64,000 bases of DNA. Origin: Callorhinchus milii. Taxonomy: Eukaryota. Location of the stretch: assembly GCF_018977255.1 (NCBI RefSeq), contig NW_024704742.1, positions 57,848,001 to 57,912,000 of the forward strand. Direction: 5' to 3'. Numbering within the stretch: the first letter of the stretch is position 1; every line of letters starts with the position of its first letter. The translations under genes were made by a program, and so were the position numbers. A model generated the notes under the pieces. It saw only the letters and a list, made by a program, of their open reading frames with translations, did not search any database and had not been told where the DNA came from. Shown here in pieces: positions 52,801 to 62,149 of the stretch.

Positions 52801-55800
52801 CTGTTTCCAAAGGGGAACTTCAATGCAATATTTGGTTATTTCTAGTAATGTCATGCTCAGTGGAATTCAAGATCAATTTCTGTAATTAATGATAAACCTT
52901 GCATTGGACACCTTTTACATCAAGATCACATCTCAATGTGCTTCATGTACTGTACCGGTGAAAGTGGCAGATAATTTGCATACATCAATGTCTCACAAAC
53001 AGCTATAAAGTAAATAACCAATTTTATCTGGGGTATTGTTGGCCAGGACACCGAGAGAAATTCCTTTCTCTTTTCAAATAGTGTCATTGGATCTTTAAAA
53101 TCCACCCAAACAGAGTCACACAGGATCTGGGTTTAATGTCTCATCTCAAGGATGGCATCTTCACGAGCACTGCACAATGTAAGCACTGTATTGGAGTGTC
53201 AGCTTGCATGTTCAAAGTCCCAACACACAGGATTTGAAACTACAGCCTTCTAACTCAGAGACAAGTGTGCTAACAAATAATAATAATAATTATCCTTGCA
53301 TTTAATATAGCACTGTATCATGTCTTCGAGACGTCTCAAAGCACTTCACAGAAGATACTGTAAAGTGAATTGACTATATTTTTTGGGCGAAACACAGCAG
53401 TGTCCCACAAACAGTCGTGGAATGAAATAACCAATTTAGTACTTTTTTTTTGTCGGAATTATTACCCTGGAAAAGCGATATGCAGATCGACTAACAACCG
53501 GGTTCCTACTTACTGCTTGGTAAACAGGGGCATGTGGAGTAAGGAGTGAGAAAGTGTTGGAACCTGTTACATAATATAGGTTTGCTCCATGACTATGCAC
53601 ATGCCTCAGAATATGGTCTTCTAAAATTATAAACACTTCTTTGAAAAACATTTCCTTCAGAGAAATAACAACTTTCATTTATAGCGCTCTTCACACAGGG
53701 TAGTATTTTGGAACACTTAACTGTGGTGGAGCCTGACACCGAGCCAAGGGGAGGGGACCGTGGCTGTAGGCATAGTCGAAGAGGGAGATCTTAAGCATGA
53801 TCTGAAAATAGGGAAGGAGGATACAATGTGGTAGGCTTGCACGGGAGAGTGCTAGAGTTTCAGGGCATAGTGGCTGAAGGCATGGCCAGCAATGGTGGAA
53901 CGGAGGGGACGAGGGACATGCAGAAGGCCGGAGTCAAAGTGATATTATAGGCTATTCAGCCCAACATAAATCTATCCCTTTGGACAAACATAAACACAGT
54001 CCAATCCAAATTTTAAAAAGGCTTTGTATGGAACATTGCTGTAAAAAATCATTAGATTGATTTGAAAACTCAAGCCTGTTTGTTTTATTTGCAATGTAGG
54101 AAGAAAAAATTAAATGAGTATTATTAGTATCTATGCACTAAACTATGAAAACTGTGCAGATTCCAAACTAGCACCAGCTTTCAGTCATGCAAAACAAAGA
54201 AAAAGCTCACATAGTTTATTTTACTAACAAATATGTTTATCTTCATTTACCCATAATTTTATATTTTTGTAAAAACAAAGGAAAGACGGGCACATAAATG
54301 AATCTAGTGGATTAAAACATGTAAACTCTACTGTTGGGAAGTATAAATGTGTCTTCTAGTGCAAACTATTGCTTTGCTATTAAACATGTAGTTGGACTAA
54401 GCAGCTGATCAAATCAGCTTTGTAATCTTTCTCTGAATCCTTTCATACAATATAACAATAATCTTTCTATTTGATAAAGCACTTTTCATGTCTTCTAGAT
54501 GTCTCAAAGTGCTTCACAAAATATACTGTAAAGTGAATTGACTGTATATTTTGTGATACAAGCAATTACTATACGAGTATCCACTTTGTGTTGCCTTTCA
54601 CCAGCTGCCAGCTCATTTCATACCTCACACATGCTGACCTTGCTGGTTAATATATCTCCACTTAGCTGGTAGCGTCACTCCAATCTAAAATTAGACCAAT
54701 AAGTGTCAGAATCATGTGCTATAGACCAACTAATGTTGTCATGTCTTCAGACAAGGAGGTGAAAAATGCACCAGGTCACATGTTTTATCATTATTCGTGA
54801 ACGTACCAAATTGGCAACAATTATGGTCAAACAATATAATAATTAGCAATTGGTCTGCAGGTTACAAAGTATAGTGACTGTGTATTTGTAGGCAAATGCG
54901 GCAGCTAATTTGTGCTCAAAAGTAACTCACTAAATTAATTGGAATTCCCTGATACTCTGTTACTGAACACATAAACTCAAGAAAGAAACTCCATGAACCA
55001 TCTGCCTAGCAAAAGGGGGGAAACTCTGTACAAAAAGGGGCAGGCATATAACTGTATTTCTCCTATAAGATAAAGGATATACAAATAAAATTCTCCCGCG
55101 GTGTGATTCGAAAAGAGAAGTAAGTTTTTTCCTGGAGCTCTGGTTAACAACCTCTCAAATATAATTTAATTCATGGCTTTTGTGGGATATTGCTGTGCAC
55201 AATTATTAGCCCCACTTGCTATCAAAATACACATTCACTTTGCAGTAAATCTTGTGGAAGCACTTTGAGATATTTTCTTGGCATAAAAGGCACTGTATAA
55301 AACAAAAGGATTATGTATTTATCAGCAACTAGGAATTCAATACGTAGAGGCTGGGATGGTAATCGCAAAGATCAATTTCTGCCTTGGAATGCTCATCTAT
55401 TCAAATAAATTCCTCAAATAAGTAATGAGCTAATGTCCAAGCAAATTCTCAACGTGATTGGAAAGTTGCTCAGTCAAACTCCACCCCACAGTTAATATTA
55501 ATGATATATTATAGACCAGAAGCATTTGTTCTCGTTTGTTTTGAAATTGACGAAAGACGAATTTTGTTAGATTCAACAGAAATAGTTCAAAAGAGATTCT
55601 AGTGAGAATTAGGAGAATCAGAATTTACACTGTTATTTTGGCAGTCTATGTTAAGATAATTGAAGTTCCCCATTATCACTATTCTTTGGTTTTGCATCTT
55701 TCTGAAATCTGCTTGCAGATTTGCTCATCTATCTCCTTCCCACTCTTTGATGGTCTATAGTATGCACCTAACAGAGTAATGGCTTCTTTTCGGCTCCTTA

Positions 55801-58763
55801 CCTCTAACCAAATAGGTTCTGTTTTTGGTGACTCTAGCACATCATCCCTTTCCCGGGCCGTAACAGTGTCTTTAATCAATATTGCCATCCCTTCTCCTTT
55901 TTTTCCTTTCCTATCCCTCCTGAATACATTGTCGCCAGGAATACTCAGCACCTTTTCCTGCCCTTGATTGAGCCAGGTCTCCATTATTGCCACTACATTA
56001 TAACCCCATGTGAGCCTGAAGCTCACCAATCTTATTTGTCACACTCCGTGCAATTACACACATGCACTCCAAGACCGACTGAGTCTGCTCTGCATTTCTC
56101 TCCCATCTAATCCCTCTTTTTTCTGGACTACTCCTTATTACATTGCTATTCATCTATCCCAGGCCTCTGTGTAACTTGTTTCTCCTTCCTGATGCTACAT
56201 CCTGATTCCCTTCCCCCCTCGAAATTAGTTTAGTTTCCTCACAGTGCTAGTTACCCTTTGGTCCCAGCCCTGTTCAGGTGTAACCCATTCACCTTGTACA
56301 GGTCTCGCCTACCCCAGAACTGGTCCCAGTGTTCCAGGAACTGGAAGCCCTCCTTTCTGCACCATTTCTCCAGCCAAGCATTCATGTGTTTGATCCTGTT
56401 GTTTTGATACTCATTTGCATGAGGCACTGCGAGTCATCCAAGGATCACCACCTTTGAGGTCCTACTCTTTAGCTTTTTCCCTAGCTTACTCTTCCTGTAG
56501 GAACTCAGCCCTTATTTTCCCTACGTCAAGGATCCCAACATGGACCACGACTTCTGGATGTTACCCTTCCCCCTGCAGAATATTTTCACTCATTCCGTGA
56601 TGTTTTCAACCCTGGCACTAGAGAGGCAACATACCATGTGAAGGTCATGTTTTTGGTTGCAGAAATGTCTGATTTCTCCTTTGACCATTGTGTCCCCAAT
56701 AACAATTGCAATGATACTCTTCCCTGATCCCCATTGTGCATCTGTTTGCTTTCGACTCCCCTCCCAAGAGGGATCATCACCCTGACTGGTATTCAGTGCA
56801 GAGAACCAGTTTTTGAGTGCCACACTCTCAGGAGATTTCCGCACTACATGTCTCCTCTTCCTACCATGCTGGATGGTTACCCACTCACTCTCCTCCTAAA
56901 CCCTCTGTGGCTATGGGGTGACCACCTCTTGAAACATTCGAACCATGAAGTCTTCAGCTTCCTGTATGCCATGCACTGACACCAGCCTCTCCTTGAGCTC
57001 ATAAACCCTGAGCTCGTCTCAAGTCAGCCTGAGGGGCTTCCTACACATGTATTTGTCCAGGGCACACAAAGCATCCTGGAGTTCCCACATAGCACACATT
57101 GTGCATGCAAACAGTACATGAGAAAGTAGCTGAACTACCTACATTGTTTTATTTTGTTACTTTGATTATACATATTTGAGCCAGAGTTCCACTAGATTAT
57201 GTTTGTAATTTAACTGAACACTTAAATGAATAAAAAGTCAGATAGGTTGAAAGATACGAACAGTTCACGTGATTACAATAAGGATTAGAACAGTTTATAG
57301 GATCAAAATAACTTAGAATCTGTTAAATCAACAAGCAGCTTTAATTTCTTCCCTGCAACCAATCTGTGAATGGTTCTGCCTTTCATGCTATGGTGACTGA
57401 AATGCTATCCAACACGAAAGGCACTATATAAAGTCGTCCTCACTTTCAGGGCCATCCATAACCTTGCTCCCTCCTCCTCTCTGACCCCCTACCAACCTTC
57501 CCACTCCCTCCATTCAGCGGGCTCCAATCTGCTCCATGTCTTCTGCCCGACCCGCCCTACCATTGATGGCCGGGCTTTCAGCCTCTCTGCCCCCAAACTC
57601 TGGAACTCCATCCCACAACAACAACAACAAGATTCCATTTATAAAGCGCCTTTCACGTCAGGAGGACGTCCCAAGGCACAGTCCCTTTGTCTCGCTTCCT
57701 CCCTTGCCTCCTTCAAGGCCAGGCTCAAGACCCTCCTTTTCGATTGTGCCTTCGGTCGCCCTCCCACCTCTCTGCCTTGCTTCAACCCTACTCCACCCCT
57801 CCCCCTGCTCGGGTCCTGACCCCTGATTGTCCAGCATCTTGGGACATTCTCCAGACGTGAAAGGTGCTCTATAAATGTAATTTTGTTGCTGTTGTTGTTG
57901 TTGCTGTTGTTGTTGTGTCTTAGATATCAGAGTACCTTATGTCTTATTACCAATGTCTTAATAAAGTCTAGGTGGAAAGGAGGTTGATATCTGTGATCGG
58001 TCTTTAAAGGATAGATGCAAAATTGTGATGTTTTCAAATATATGCAATAACACATTCATTGGTCACTACAACAACAAAATTACATTTGTATTGCGCCTTT
58101 CACATTGGGAGGACGTCCCAAAGCGCTAAAAGTGTTATCAAAGTGTTAGTGCTGTAAAGCATCATATTTTTCACCCCAGTACTACAAACAACTGTGCCAA
58201 ATTTTGGTTTTCTCTTCTCATTTTCTCTGATTGTAAAATCCAAATATTTGAAATTGGCCACTTTAGCACCTTGTAATTTGCAGTTAAGTATAGGTCAAAA
58301 CATGAAAACATGATTCAAATCAGTTAACTTCGAGAAAAGTAATGTTTTCTACTGATTCTCTTAGTGTGTTTTCTAAAAACAAATTCACAATTCTTACCTG
58401 AGAGACAATTGTAGAGATGTACCTGTCAGTGCTGTACTCCCAGCCATTCACACAGGGCTCAGTCTCACGTGTTGTGTCATTGAAACCGTCTGTTACAGGA
58501 GTTTTGTATCTTCTACATCGACTGTAGATCATCTCACCATCCACCTCCTCTACAGGCAGCAGTGAACTCAGATTGGCTTCTCCAGTGGTTCCATTCAGAG
58601 AGTTAGGCAGACGGCAGTGATGCTGAGGGGTGTCTGCCAGAAACACCATGGACAAACCCACATAGCCATTAGGGATAATGGTGATACTCAGCAGCAAGAA
58701 CATAATTCTCTGGAAGGGACCCCACTCTCCCAGAAAAGCAGTTGCTTCATCATAATCTTGCAT
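10227..58763 (-). CDS. SLC22A5: OCTN-type organic cation/carnitine transporter (SLC22A4/SLC22A5-like), multi-exon gene; exons 1-9 join to 1565 nt, terminal exon unresolved
   Basis: N-terminus [19 protein letters not shown], plus [42 protein letters not shown] and LPETYG motifs. Exon sizes 104/155/172/101/215/183/136 match the vertebrate SLC22A4/5 structure as I recall it. All junctions are GT-AG with compatible phases. A4 vs A5 orthology cannot be decided by eye. Confidence 0.93.
11460..13200 (+). mobile_element. Highly degraded, rearranged CR1 ORF2 fragments
   Basis: gtgtatctggactttgaaaagcatttgacaaagt (YLDF.KAFDKV) about 12335; ttagtgaggctggagttggagtattgt (LVRxxLEYC) about 12772. Confidence 0.65.
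14765..15325 (-). mobile_element. L2 3' fragment
   Basis: [25 protein letters not shown] ORF2 end, [12 protein letters not shown]2 tail. Confidence 0.8.
15800..18060 (-). mobile_element. Old degraded L2 fragments
   Basis: Purine-rich L2-type sequence; [23 protein letters not shown] and VPQGSILG remnants (ORF 17481..17795 and neighbours). Confidence 0.65.
18110..18520 (-). mobile_element. tRNA-derived SINE (SacSINE1/Deu-like)
   Basis: Head ctggctgaattagtagcactctcacctctcagtcagaggttgtggattcaagccc on the minus strand; gatcccatggca core. Confidence 0.75.
19885..21790 (-). mobile_element. Old CR1 fragment interrupted by RTEX-like insertions
   Basis: CR1 tail atcatagaatgttacagc at 19889; RT remnants on both sides of 20700-21590 (VVDTDFQ on the left, KGRLC*TNL on the right). 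Confidence 0.6.
20705..21590 (+). mobile_element. RTEX-like LINE 3' fragment (same family as 1800-3345)
   Basis: [24 protein letters not shown]; colinear with 2460-3345; ends gtcagacacctggctgaccaaaaac. Confidence 0.75.
23814..23996 (-). CDS. SLC22A5: SLC22A5-like exon 8 (183 bp, [15 protein letters not shown]...[35 protein letters not shown])
   Basis: Inside ORF 23806..24060; acceptor tttcacag, donor G|gtaagt. Confidence 0.95.
25365..26210. mobile_element. L2 fragment (minus, about 25370-25550) adjacent to CR1 fragments (plus, about 25560-26210)
   Basis: ORF 25330..25539 ([15 protein letters not shown]); cagcatagttttgtgaaaagaaaatcatgcctgactaat = [13 protein letters not shown]. Confidence 0.65.
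27565..27912 (-). mobile_element. tRNA-headed Deu-type SINE, full length
   Basis: aataatccttgcatttgatatagc tail, Deu core ggcagccaattgcacacagcagtgtcccacaaacag, head gtggagtcctgtagc..ggttcgattcc. Confidence 0.85.
28364..28578 (-). CDS. SLC22A5: SLC22A5-like exon 7 (215 bp, [12 protein letters not shown]...LLLVRFVPT)
   Basis: Inside ORF 28347..28592; acceptor ttcttacag, donor A|gtaaga. Confidence 0.95.
28775..29072 (-). mobile_element. Deu-type SINE, 5'-truncated
   Basis: Same tail and core as 27565-27912. Confidence 0.8.
29660..29830 (-). mobile_element. CR1 3' UTR/tail fragment
   Basis: cataggaatgtagcaacaggagcaggccactcagcccc..tcatggctgatc, same as 3905-4060. Confidence 0.75.
29993..30865 (-). 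mobile_element. Young 5'-truncated L2 (ORF2 C-terminal part, 3' UTR, (ttg)n tail)
   Basis: [51 protein letters not shown]; CpG-rich; possible TSD aattac (29987-29992 / 30864-30869). Confidence 0.92.
31818..31850. repeat. (AAT)n microsatellite (SINE tail)
   Basis: About 11 AAT units. Confidence 0.9.
31998..32139 (+). mobile_element. Penelope-like palindromic mini-element with a hammerhead motif
   Basis: Inverted arms 31998-32039 / 32048-32091; CTGACGA-A-GGGTC-GTG-GACGC-AAAA-CGTT at 32043-32071; 14-bp TSD accaggttcctact / accagattcctact. Confidence 0.75.
33086..33186 (-). CDS. SLC22A5: SLC22A5-like exon 6 (101 bp, [34 protein letters not shown])
   Basis: DLVRT motif; acceptor ttttttag, donor TG|gtgagt. 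Confidence 0.93.
34538..34670 (-). CDS. SLC22A5: SLC22A5-like exon 5 (133 bp, [22 protein letters not shown]...RSDNM)
   Basis: PESPRW motif; acceptor tttttgcag; donor ATG|gtgatt keeps phase 0 for exon 6. Confidence 0.9.
35677..35848 (-). CDS. SLC22A5: SLC22A5-like exon 4 (172 bp, [16 protein letters not shown]...FFPLWW)
   Basis: Hand translation; acceptor ctatccag, donor TG|gtaagt. Confidence 0.95.
36010..37023 (-). mobile_element. Cluster of three Deu-type SINEs (about 36010-36170, 36470-36625, 36715-37023)
   Basis: Repeated tail and core; the last copy has an A box TAGCTCAGTGG and a B-box-like GATTCGATTCC. Confidence 0.85.
37852..40190 (-). mobile_element. L2 LINE, about 2.3 kb 5'-truncated copy
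   Basis: [59 protein letters not shown], then L2 tail; frameshifted. Confidence 0.92.
40437..40591 (-). CDS. SLC22A5: SLC22A5-like exon 3 (155 bp, [10 protein letters not shown]...[13 protein letters not shown])
   Basis: Inside ORF 40375..40602; acceptor tttatag, donor G|gtaact. Confidence 0.95.
42117..42600 (-). mobile_element. Young L2 3' fragment
   Basis: [41 protein letters not shown]; near-identical to 29993-30340. Confidence 0.9.
42775..43350 (-). mobile_element. Older L2 fragment
   Basis: L2 tail and degenerate ORF2 end. Confidence 0.65.
43416..43519 (-). CDS. SLC22A5: SLC22A5-like exon 2 (104 bp, [35 protein letters not shown])
   Basis: Hand translation; acceptor ttttctgtttctttcag, donor AG|gtaaaa. 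Confidence 0.95.
43680..44048 (-). mobile_element. Deu-type SINE, full length
   Basis: (aat)n tail, Deu core, tRNA-like head. Confidence 0.85.
44169..44325 (-). mobile_element. Older Penelope-like palindromic mini-element with a degenerate hammerhead motif
   Basis: Minus strand GGATGA-AGGTC-ATA-GACCT-GAAA-CGTT-AACTC; short inverted CTGATGAAAGATCAT on plus; 10-bp TSD gtacagaaaa (44159-44168 / 44326-44335); tgctgcagatgctggaaatctgaaa matches the 51121-51150 tail. Confidence 0.7.
44695..45365 (-). mobile_element. RTEX-like LINE 3' UTR fragment
   Basis: Reverse complement of the family tail (acatggaaacccatcaccatg) and of the 2750-2930 segment. Confidence 0.7.
46450..47850 (+). mobile_element. 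Old L2 fragments
   Basis: [18 protein letters not shown] (endonuclease), FHMYADG (RT), L2 tail plus (ttg)n at 47780-47850. Confidence 0.8.
48290..48665 (-). mobile_element. Deu-type SINE, full length
   Basis: Tail, core and head gtggagtcctgtagctcagtggttaaagcactcgc. Confidence 0.88.
49373..50306 (-). mobile_element. 5'-truncated L2 (second subfamily)
   Basis: [11 protein letters not shown] at 50278-50305, LSFLPHI, (ttg)n tail. Confidence 0.85.
50400..50830 (+). mobile_element. tRNA-derived Deu-type SINE, full length
   Basis: Head tagtggtaggactctcg..gggttcaagcc, cccatggcact core, (tta)n tail. Confidence 0.8.
50985..51022 (-). ncRNA. Minimal type I hammerhead ribozyme motif (intact core)
   Basis: Minus strand: GUU CUGACGA A GGGUC AUG GACCC GAAA UGUU GACUC. 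Confidence 0.6.
51022..51059 (+). ncRNA. Minimal type I hammerhead ribozyme motif (GAAA>AAAA mutated)
   Basis: GGUU CUGAUGA A GGGUC GUG GACCC AAAA CGUU GACUC. Confidence 0.5.
52890..53545 (-). mobile_element. Two adjacent SINEs (52890-53275 SacSINE-like, 53276-53545 Deu-type truncated)
   Basis: Tail and core matches to other copies. Confidence 0.75.
55665..57100 (-). mobile_element. CR1 5' fragment (ORF1 esterase plus ORF2 endonuclease start), degenerate
   Basis: [21 protein letters not shown] (ORF1); [27 protein letters not shown] (endonuclease); GNFN at about 55670. Confidence 0.85.
57435..57915 (+). mobile_element. L2 3' fragment with (ttg)n tail, containing an inverted L2-tail insertion
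   Basis: [23 protein letters not shown], tail 57833-57915. Confidence 0.8.
58398..58763 (-). CDS. SLC22A5: SLC22A5-like coding exon 1 (366 bp, [19 protein letters not shown]...YISTIVSQ)
   Basis: ORF 58320..58763; donor CAG|gtaag at 58398/58397; TM1 plus large extracellular loop with Cys residues and N-glycosylation sequons (NGT, NLS, NDT). Confidence 0.95.
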
Positions 58764-59879
58764 ATTCTCTTCTATTCACTAAGTTATAATCTTTTTTGTG
58801 CGTTCGGTGCTTCACTTCCAAATGTGTGTTCTTTGGAAGCAATAAATCTATTTCATCCAATGTTCAGATGAAATCAGTTCAAAGCATAATAGTTGTTGCT
58901 TCAATAAAATTGAATAAATTACTTTAGGCACAATTATAAGAAGTTTGATGATCAATTTGAAAATGAGTCTTCGTATCACACAGTAATACCCGTACCAAGT
59001 GTATGAGTTAATATACCAGCAGGTTAGTGTCTGTAGTGTGGCTTGTAAAGTCCATTCGATGTCTGGAAAAGAATCTGAAAAATACAAGATACTTATTTCT
59101 AAAGCTGTGCACCTCCCCTCAGATTCATGGAGATTTGATTGGTTCCTGGCTCATTGATTGATATGGCTTTTTCTATTGCAGTCAAAATGTTTCCATCCCC
59201 TTTAAAACAGAAAATAGAATAAAAGTAAATATTATTAATATCACAATTGAGATTAGCAACTGCAAGGTCTGCTGACAGGTTAATTGTTTTAACAGTGTGC
59301 AGTGCAAAAGGAAATTCTCTGCTGATCTACGTGTTCCAGTGAAACTTCAAAGCCAAAATAAGTACTGTTTATCCTTTTCTTCTATCACTGTTTTGCCCTT
59401 GAGATAGTAGTATTCACAAAGACCAGCAAGGCAAACCTTCCTCTTGTGATTTTGTTAAGTGAGCCAGCTGAACTCACCCCTTGCACATACATATACACAC
59501 TCAGGCAGACAAACAAAGCCAGCTTGAACGTACCTTAGTTTTCACATTGCAGTCAGCTGTATTTGGTTGTATAAGCTACTAATGTCACATAAATATTTCA
59601 AGACCAGGTTTACTTTTCCATCAGCACTAGTCGTCTATGCATTTGATTAAAAGTTCAATTTCCCTGACTATTAATAAATCACGTTCTCTTTAGGACTGCA
59701 AAAATCTAAATGTAATTCTGCCAGCCAGAATAGTAAAAATAGGAGCACATGTACTCTGTGGATGACACAGAACTTGCCAACACAGAAGTTGAAAAAGACC
59801 AAGGGGTGTTAGGTTACTGGAAGATCACTCTGTCCAAATGTTATTGGTTATAGCAACAGAGCATAGGGATTTCAATCTT

Positions 59880-60195
59880 TTTTTATTGGTCAGCCCGGAG
59901 TATAACACATGCGGAAATTCATCACCATGCTTAAGAGTATCTAAACCAAACTGAGAATTCCATGCATACTACCTATATGTACATTGTTGGAATGGAATGA
60001 GCACTCTCTCCCTAAAGGAATGCATCCTTTCCTATTCTGGAAAATATTAGATGCAGATTGGCAAGAGCTAAGGCTTGGGGACCCCAGAGTGTGTGTTTTA
60101 CTGCTGGAGTAAAAACAACTAAAACCATTGATATTGCTGTCTGTCAAGCTTTCCTGCTGATTGTCCAGCTAGGATCACCCTACCCTTTAGGGTTT
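59880..60195 (-). mobile_element. RTEX-like LINE 3' end
   Basis: ttggtcagcccgg..catcaccatgcttaag is the reverse complement of the family tail. Confidence 0.7.
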
Positions 60196-60202
60196 TGGCT
60201 TG

Positions 60203-61670
60203 CAACAACAACAGCAAAATTACATTTGTATAGTGCCTTTCACATCAGGAGGACATCCCATGGTGCTGGACAATCAGTATTTTGAATCCGAGCTGGGAGT
60301 CGGGATTAGGGAGGGTGGAGGGCACGGGAAAAGGTGGGTGACTGAAGGCATGGTTGAAGAGGATGGTCTTGAGATGGATCTTCAAGGTAACAAGTGAGGG
60401 AGTGAGGCAAAGGGATTGTGGGATGGATTTCAAGAGGGTGGAAGCAGAAGGCCCACCCACCAATGGTGGGGTGGGCGAGGCGGGGGACATGAAGTAGGCC
60501 GGAGCCCGCTGAGTGGAGGGAGCGGACAGGTTGGTAGCGGATTAAGAGATTGCAGAGGTAGGGATGAGCAAGTCCATGGAGGGCATGAAAGTGACGACCA
60601 GGATCTTAATTTGTATCCCTGTATGGTGGGAAGCCAGTGGAGTTGGGCAAGGATGGGGTTGATAGTGTCGCAGATGTTCTGCAGCCTTTGGAAAGAGGAT
60701 TTGGGGAGGGCAACAAGCAGGGAGTTTGCATAGTCGAGCTTGGGTATTATGAATGTGTGTATGAGGGTTTCAGCGGCCTGTGGTGGAGCCGGGTGATGTT
60801 GCAGAGGTGGGGGAAGGCAGAGCGGGACATGGCATGGATGTGGGGTAGGAAGGATAATTGAGGCTCAAACAAGATGCCAAGGATCCGTACTGGCTTAGTG
60901 AGGTAGAGTGTGAATCCTTAGATGGTATTGCTGTCAGTGCCTGAGGTGTGGAGGAGCTGATGGGAGCCAATCAGGAGGGCCTCAGTCTTGTTGGCGTTCA
61001 GCTGTAGAAAGGACTTGATGTTTGACAGATATTCTGTCAGGACAGCAGTGGTCCTGGAATCAAGCGTGGAGGCAGACATATAGAGTGGAGTATCATTTGC
61101 AAACATGTCGAAATTGACCCCATGTCTGCAGATATGATGCCACCAAGAGGGAGCATATAGACAGTGAAAGGGAGGGGATCAAGGACGAACCCTGAGGAAC
61201 TCCACACAAGTTGGTGCGGGGGCTAGAGAAGAAGCCGTTTGTGGAGATAAAGTGGAGACAGTGTGAGCAGTAAGATCTGAACCATTCAAAGACAGAACAA
61301 CGAAGGTTGAGGTGAATGTAGAGGCAGTGGAGGAGGATAGAGTGGTCAATGGTATCAAAGACAGCAAAGCAGTCAAGGAGGACGAGGAGACAGAGGGAGC
61401 CCTGGTCGCAGATGGACAAAATGTCATTGGTCATTTGTTGGAGGAAGAAGGAGCAAAGCTGGGAAGCAATGACTCATTCGAGGATCTTGGAAAGGAAAGG
61501 TTGGAGACAGGATGGTAGTTTGAGAGCAGGGATGGGTCCAGGGAGGGTTTTTTAAGGGTATGAGTGATGATGGCCATTTTTAGAGGTGTGGGAATGGTAT
61601 CACGTTACACAGGGAGAGGTTTATGATATTTGTGAGTAGGGGCAAGATGTGGAGCTAGGAGGTAAGGTGT
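60203..61670 (-). mobile_element. L2 5'-truncated copy
   Basis: LDCFAVFDTIDH, GVPQGS, MFANDTPLY, L2 tail. Confidence 0.88.
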
Positions 61671-62149
61671 TAACAAGATTAACAGGATCGAAACGGAGGA
61701 TTCCCTGCCTCCAGTGACTGATCTGCCCTTCCAAGTCCTGCCAATGAGCTCAGCTGGCTGTGCTTTACCAGCAGTGCCTTGGAGTAATGCAGACATGCAT
61801 GGCTCAGGAACCAGACTACCGAGACTGCATGAATCAAACTATTTTACAGATTCGGCCCTTAGACCATATTTTATTTTGTTTCATAGTAATGTTCTGGGTT
61901 GTATCTTTAGAATAGCAGCTAAATTCATTCTCTCCTGATTGGGTATCTTCATGCACAACCATAGGTTGTACTACATAGAGAGAAAGTTAAGGAAGGCCTG
62001 GACATACATGAAGTGAGGCAAAAGGCCATCAGTGATCATAGATTCATAGAATTATACAGCTCAGAAGGAGGCCATTCTCTGTGCCATTCTGCGTGACGTC
62101 ACTTCCACCTGCCATATTTGAATCACTTTTAGCAGGTATAATATAGTTT

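Noticed and set aside
58764..59880. Promoter or non-coding first exon of the SLC22A5-like gene (possible donor AAG|gtacgt near 59533)
   Set aside because: No CpG island or unambiguous core promoter; cannot be supported without transcript data
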